Shown in pieces: positions 59,351 through 64,000 of a stretch of 64,000 nucleotides of DNA; the first letter of the stretch is position 1; the number at the start of each line of letters is the position of its first letter. The notes below the pieces were generated by a model. It worked only from the letters and a program-made list of their open reading frames with translations, was not told the DNA's origin and searched no databases. Source of the stretch: Candidatus Hydrogenedentota bacterium (GTDB taxonomy: Bacteria > Hydrogenedentota > Hydrogenedentia > Hydrogenedentales > SLHB01); assembly GCA_963674865.2 (NCBI GenBank), contig CAXXYE010000011.1, forward strand, positions 160,001 to 224,000, written 5' to 3'. Both the position numbers and the translations under genes were made by a program.

Positions 59351-60577
59351 ATGGACGTACGTCAACCGCTTAACCTCCTCTGCGTAACGAATCACCGCCG
59401 CTTCAAGAGTGTCTTCCGTGCGCAGCCTTGGGCGCGCGAACTGGCCGTGCGTGGGCACCACGTCGATGTCATCTGCCACGCGGACACGGAACGCTGGCGC
59501 ACAAAGATCGAACACGTCGACGGCTTTCGAGTTGTCGAAAGCCCGGATCTCATGGTTGGCTCGCTGCGCCAGGGGTGGGATCCTGTCTGCGCCTTTCGCC
59601 GCCGCCGGTTTCTTTTCCGCGAAGACAAGCACTACGACCTGATTCAATGTTTCGACACGCGTCCCGCCGTCGTCTGGCCCGCACTAGCCTATGCCCGTGC
59701 GAAGCACATACCCATCGTCAGCGACTGGAGCGACTGGTGGGGAAGAGGGGGCCTCATCAGAGAGCGGCGCCCCCTTTGGTATCAGTACTTCTTCGCTTGG
59801 CTCGAAGTCTTCTTCGAAGAGCACTACCGCAAGAAGCTTGACGGACTCAGCGCTATCAGCCACGCCTTGCTTGATCGAGCGCTTGAGCTTGGCGTGCCTC
59901 GCGAGCGATGCCATCGCATTCCCGGCGGGGTTAACCTCGATGTGTTCTCAGAAGTCTTTCCCAGAGACGAGAGCAGGGCGCGGCAGGGGATTCCCCTGGA
60001 TGTTCCCGTCCTCTGCTTCTCCGGCCTTGACGTTCTCATCGATCTGGGGATGGCCGTAAACGCCTATGAGATTGTCCGCAGCTCCTTCCCGGGGACCATC
60101 CTGCTGCTCACCGGCGGCGCCACGGAGCGGGTGGTGCGGCGAATGCTGCGTGACCCCGCTAACATGTCTGGGGTCAAGGTCTTGGGCGTGCTTCCGTATA
60201 GGGAATTGCCGTCGCATCTCGCTGCGGCGGATGTGTTCCTCATGCCCTTCCCGGACAAGATAGCCAACGTTGGGCGCTGGCCCAACAAGATCGGTGACTA
60301 CATGTGCTTGGGGCGTCCTACGGTGTCCAATCCCGTCGGCGAGGTCAAGTGGCTTTTCGAGCAATACCATGTCGGCCTCCTCGCTGAGGCGACGCCGGAA
60401 AGCATGGCCGATGCGGCGCTCCGCCTCTTGCGCGATCCGGAGCTTGCTCGCACGATGGGTGAGACCGCGCGCAAGACGGCCGAAGAAGGCTTTTCGTGGA
60501 GCAAGCTCGTGGATGACCTGGAAGATTGGTACTACGAGCTTATTCGAGCCGACGGGAGTGTCGACCCCGAGGAATGA
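59351..60577 (+). CDS. Glycosyltransferase family 4
   Basis: ADVFLMP, PNKIGDYM.LGRP.V; GGAGGG RBS. Confidence 0.88.
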   Translation: MDVRQPLNLLCVTNHRRFKSVFRAQPWARELAVRGHHVDVICHADTERWRTKIEHVDGFRVVESPDLMVGSLRQGWDPVCAFRRRRFLFREDKHYDLIQCFDTRPAVVWPALAYARAKHIPIVSDWSDWWGRGGLIRERRPLWYQYFFAWLEVFFEEHYRKKLDGLSAISHALLDRALELGVPRERCHRIPGGVNLDVFSEVFPRDESRARQGIPLDVPVLCFSGLDVLIDLGMAVNAYEIVRSSFPGTILLLTGGATERVVRRMLRDPANMSGVKVLGVLPYRELPSHLAAADVFLMPFPDKIANVGRWPNKIGDYMCLGRPTVSNPVGEVKWLFEQYHVGLLAEATPESMADAALRLLRDPELARTMGETARKTAEEGFSWSKLVDDLEDWYYELIRADGSVDPEE

Positions 60578-60689
60578 GTGGGCGTCCTCGGGGGACCTGT
60601 GGGGAAGTCCAAACAAATTGTCGGCCGTGCAATAGGCGCATAAAGCGCATTATATTTAGTCTTGTGAAGTAATAAATATGCCAAAAACA

Positions 60690-60718
60690 TTTACAAAAAC
60701 CGTCGCACCTGCTATAGT
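60690..60718 (+). promoter_or_regulatory. Sigma70-type promoter
   Basis: TTTACA-17-TATAGT with extended TG in an AT-rich patch. Confidence 0.6.
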
Positions 60719-60982
60719 CTCCTAGGCTTATTCTGGCGCATTTGCAGGTGGGGTTTCGGGCAGGAGTGATTGAATGTTCCTCAAAGATGGCCGGCTACGT
60801 AAGTGTTGCTCTTCCGTGGCCCGGGGGACGCTCTCACCGGCTGGGATTGAATAGGTTATCGCAAGAGCTGGACCTTTCGCGGTCCAGGTGAGGGGCTCGT
60901 AAGCTTGCTTCAATTGGCTGTATCTTCATCCGCGTAAGCCGCGGGTTGAGGAATCGTTGATAAAGACTAAGAGGGACTGACG

Positions 60983-63900
60983 ATGAATCGGGCTAGTTTC
61001 TGTCTGTGTTTACTGTTCTCATTCCTTGCTTTTGCCCTATGTGCCCGGGCGGACGCAAGTGGCCCACCGGCATCTCATATTCCTGCGTCAGCGCTCTCGG
61101 TAACGGGTACGTTTTTTGAGGGCCGGGGCGTGGCTTTGGAGTCACAGAGCTCTGTGGCGGTTGCGGACTCCATCCCACCGAGCGATGACCTGGCCCTGCC
61201 GTTTCCCGCCGTCGAGGCTATGGACAGCCTCGCGGCGACGGTGTCCATCTACAATACAAGCGCGGCATTCCTGACGATCACGAGCATCTACAGCATCGAC
61301 GCCATCTACACCACTTACGGAGGCACAAACGCCTTTTCGCTCGAGGGATTGCCGGAACTGCCCCTGGAACTGCCGCCCGAGGGGGAAACCAGTTTCGACG
61401 TGCGATTCGCCCCGATAGCGACGTGCCTGTCGGAGTTCTTCCAAGATGGATTGATCATCATCAGCGACGACCTTGTCATGCCCATGATATCTCTCGCGCT
61501 GAGCGGCACAGGTACGAATGCAGCGGCCGACTGCGATGGCGATGGATTGACCGACCTCGAGGAAATCAGCAACTACGGTACCGATCCGAACAACCCGGAC
61601 ACGGACGGCGACGGTTGGTCGGATGGCCGCGAAGTCGCCGCAGGCACGGCCCCGCTCGACCCGAATGATTATCCTCCGCTTGGCGCGGGCTCGCTGGTCT
61701 GGGCCCGAAGTGACGGGGCGGTTAACGATGACTGTGGCTTCGGCATTGTAGCGGCGGCGGATGGACGAAGTGTCGCCACCGGGTACTTCACAGATGGCGC
61801 TACATTTGGTGCTGGTGAGCCGGGCGAAACGGCATTGGTCGCGGCGGGGCAACAAGACATTCACATCGCCGGTTACGACGCAGACGGGACGCTAGAGTGG
61901 GTGAAGCGCGCGGGCGGGACGCTCACGGATTATGGACGGCGTGTCGCCATCCTGACTGACGGTAGCGCCTTGATCCAGGCCCGGTTCTCGGGGACGGGAA
62001 CCTTCGGCCCCGGTGAGCCGAATGAAGTCACGCTGGTGGGGGCAAGCGACGGCGCACAAAATGCCCTCGTCAACTACTGCATGGATGGCACTCTGGCGCG
62101 AGTAGTCTACGCCGGCAAGAGCTACGGCACCGCTTTTGGACGCGCCTTCGACCTCACCAGTACCGACGACGTAGTACTTGTCGGCTATTTTCAGGGCGAG
62201 ACGGTGTTTGGGGAAGGCGAAACCAACGAGACCGTCTTCCTGCCGGACGGGGACAGTCAGTACGGCTTCCTCGCAAGGTACAATTCGGACTGGTCCCTTG
62301 CCTGGGCTAGGGAGGCTGTCTGCGATGGCCGTCTGTACCCGCATGATATGGCCATATTGAGCGATGACAGCGCAGTAGTTGCTGGGTATTTCCTTGGCGC
62401 GGCAACGTTCGGCGCGGGCGAGCCCAATGAAACGTCCCTTGCCGCAGTGTCCTATGATAGCTTTGTCGCGCGGTATAACGCCGACGGCACATTCGCGTGG
62501 GTCACACAAATCGAAGGTGATGATTACCAACGCGGTTACGCCGTTACGGTCCTCGAAGACGATTCCGTCATTGTCACCGGCTATGTCGAAGGCGCCGCTA
62601 CCTTCGGTGCAGGGGAGCCTAACGAAACAACGCTCAACTCGGATGGCCGACGGATGCTATTGGCTCGATACGGCGCGGACGGCGCGTTGGTTTGGGCCAA
62701 GGAACCCGTCAACGGTGCGGGGGTGCTTGCGGGATTCTCCACAGGCCGTGCTGTTCGAGGTTCGGAGCATGGCAGCTTCCTGGTGCAGGGCTATTTTAGC
62801 GGTGCGGTGACATTTGGGCCGGGAGAAGCCAATGAAACGACGCTCTCAACGGGCGACGTTTCCCGCCAGTATGGGTTCCTCGCCAAATACCGTTGGGATG
62901 GCACGCTTGCATGGGTGACCTGGTTCGGCGGTGCGGGACACACGATGAGCGGCTACGATCTGAGTGTCTTGGGCGACGGTACGGCGCTTATCACGGGCTC
63001 TTTTACAGGCGGCGCGGCTTTCGGCGCCGGGGAACCCAACGAAACCTCACTTACCAGTGCCGGAGGACGGGATGCGTTTCTCGCCAAGTACGTTGTCTGG
63101 ACCGACAGGGATGCCGATGGTATGTCCGACGATTGGGAAGAGGACCAGGGTCTCGACCCGGACGACCCCTCAGATGCCGGCCTCGATCTCGACAACGATG
63201 GCCTGACAAATCTCCAGGAGCACAATAACAGCACGGACCCAGACAATCCTGACACCGACGGCGACGGCTACACCGACGGCGACGAAGCGGCCGCCGGTAC
63301 CAACCCGCTGGACGCATCCAGCTACCCTGTCGAGGGGCGGGAGCTGATTGGGGCGCGTCGGGACGGCGGCGCGGCCGAGGAGTATCCTGTCTCGATAGCG
63401 TCCTTCGACGACGGCTCGATGGTTGAGGCCGGACGCTTCGAAGATGCCGCGACGTTTGGCCAAGGCGAACCGAACGAGACCACGTTGGTGTCCGTTGGGG
63501 ATAGGGACCTCTATCTCGCCAAGTACGCGGCGGACGGCAGCCTGCTTTGGGCCACCCAAGCGGGCGGCGCGGACTATGACTACCCGTATACCGTCGAGGG
63601 CCTTCCCGATGGTAGTTTTATCGTTCAAGGCCGGTTCTCAGCCACCGCCACCTTTGGCTCTGGACAACCCAGCGAAACCGTCGTCGATTCCCCGTCTCAT
63701 GACGTGTTCTTGGCCAAATACGACGCCGATGGCGCCTTGGTCTGGGTTCGGCAGACGCTTTCCATTGACCACATGGCCTTAGGCGCGGACATCTCTCTCT
63801 CGGAGGATGGCTCCATTCTTGCCTTGGCTCGGATTCAGGGCGGAGTCTGCTTCATTCCAGGTGATCTGAGCCAAATGATGTTTGTGTCGAATCTGGACAA

Positions 63901-64000
63901 CGAATACGACCTTTGTCTCGCCAAATATAATCCCGACGGTTCAGTCGCTTGGGCGGAACGCCTGGCTGTCAGCCATGAGGCGGGGAGCGATATTACAGGC
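60983..64000 (+). CDS. Large secreted surface protein (3'-partial): Ig-like domain, DxDGDG Ca-binding repeats, beta-propeller repeats
   Basis: Signal peptide MNRASFCLCLLFSFLAFALCARA. The same frame reads sensibly where translated, including the last codons; absent from the ORF track because it has no stop. Repeated FGAGEPNET and DG.L.W motifs. Confidence 0.85.
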   Translation, partial: MNRASFCLCLLFSFLAFALCARADASGPPASHIPASALSVTGTFFEGRGVALESQSSVAVADSIPPSDDLALPFPAVEAMDSLAATVSIYNTSAAFLTITSIYSIDAIYTTYGGTNAFSLEGLPELPLELPPEGETSFDVRFAPIATCLSEFFQDGLIIISDDLVMPMISLALSGTGTNAAADCDGDGLTDLEEISNYGTDPNNPDTDGDGWSDGREVAAGTAPLDPNDYPPLGAGSLVWARSDGAVNDDCGFGIVAAADGRSVATGYFTDGATFGAGEPGETALVAAGQQDIHIAGYDADGTLEWVKRAGGTLTDYGRRVAILTDGSALIQARFSGTGTFGPGEPNEVTLVGASDGAQNALVNYCMDGTLARVVYAGKSYGTAFGRAFDLTSTDDVVLVGYFQGETVFGEGETNETVFLPDGDSQYGFLARYNSDWSLAWAREAVCDGRLYPHDMAILSDDSAVVAGYFLGAATFGAGEPNETSLAAVSYDSFVARYNADGTFAWVTQIEGDDYQRGYAVTVLEDDSVIVTGYVEGAATFGAGEPNETTLNSDGRRMLLARYGADGALVWAKEPVNGAGVLAGFSTGRAVRGSEHGSFLVQGYFSGAVTFGPGEANETTLSTGDVSRQYGFLAKYRWDGTLAWVTWFGGAGHTMSGYDLSVLGDGTALITGSFTGGAAFGAGEPNETSLTSAGGRDAFLAKYVVWTDRDADGMSDDWEEDQGLDPDDPSDAGLDLDNDGLTNLQEHNNSTDPDNPDTDGDGYTDGDEAAAGTNPLDASSYPVEGRELIGARRDGGAAEEYPVSIASFDDGSMVEAGRFEDAATFGQGEPNETTLVSVGDRDLYLAKYAADGSLLWATQAGGADYDYPYTVEGLPDGSFIVQGRFSATATFGSGQPSETVVDSPSHDVFLAKYDADGALVWVRQTLSIDHMALGADISLSEDGSILALARIQGGVCFIPGDLSQMMFVSNLDNEYDLCLAKYNPDGSVAWAERLAVSHEAGSDITG

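Noticed and set aside
61500..64000. CRISPR-like or other DNA repeat array
   Set aside because: The repeats are in-frame protein repeats; no CRISPR array or cas gene was seen anywhere in the window.

Overview
GC-rich bacterial chromosome segment. The PKD/beta-helix and propeller surface proteins and the sugar-catabolic genes suggest a Hydrogenedentota/PVC-like organism; this taxonomy is an impression only. A tmRNA gene (2636-2990, tag peptide ANQPLAMAA) is followed by tandem genomic islands delimited by copies of its 3' end at 9537 and 15404. Island A (about 2991-9557) has no integrase, and the region after 15426 has no visible right-hand att site. Each carries a diverged copy of the same cassette: a shortened IS630-derived HTH gene, a conserved 25-bp divergent promoter block, a ParB-N/DNA methyltransferase with a non-canonical GPP(Y/C) catalytic motif, and spore-photoproduct-lyase-like radical SAM genes. 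Island A has one radical SAM gene; the second region has three plus a remnant. Most of these carry QLxLF-type beta-clamp motifs. Each methyltransferase is split by a different IS (IS4 family, IS21 family) with a clean target-site duplication. Island B (9558-15426) carries defence-like cargo and a tyrosine integrase whose reading frame runs through the att core. The rest of the window holds small metabolic genes, a divergent HisD-like enzyme, GH95 and heparinase/alginate-lyase genes, a Wzy-type EPS cluster with two sulfotransferases and an embedded C1 peptidase/RTX gene, and the start of a large surface protein.
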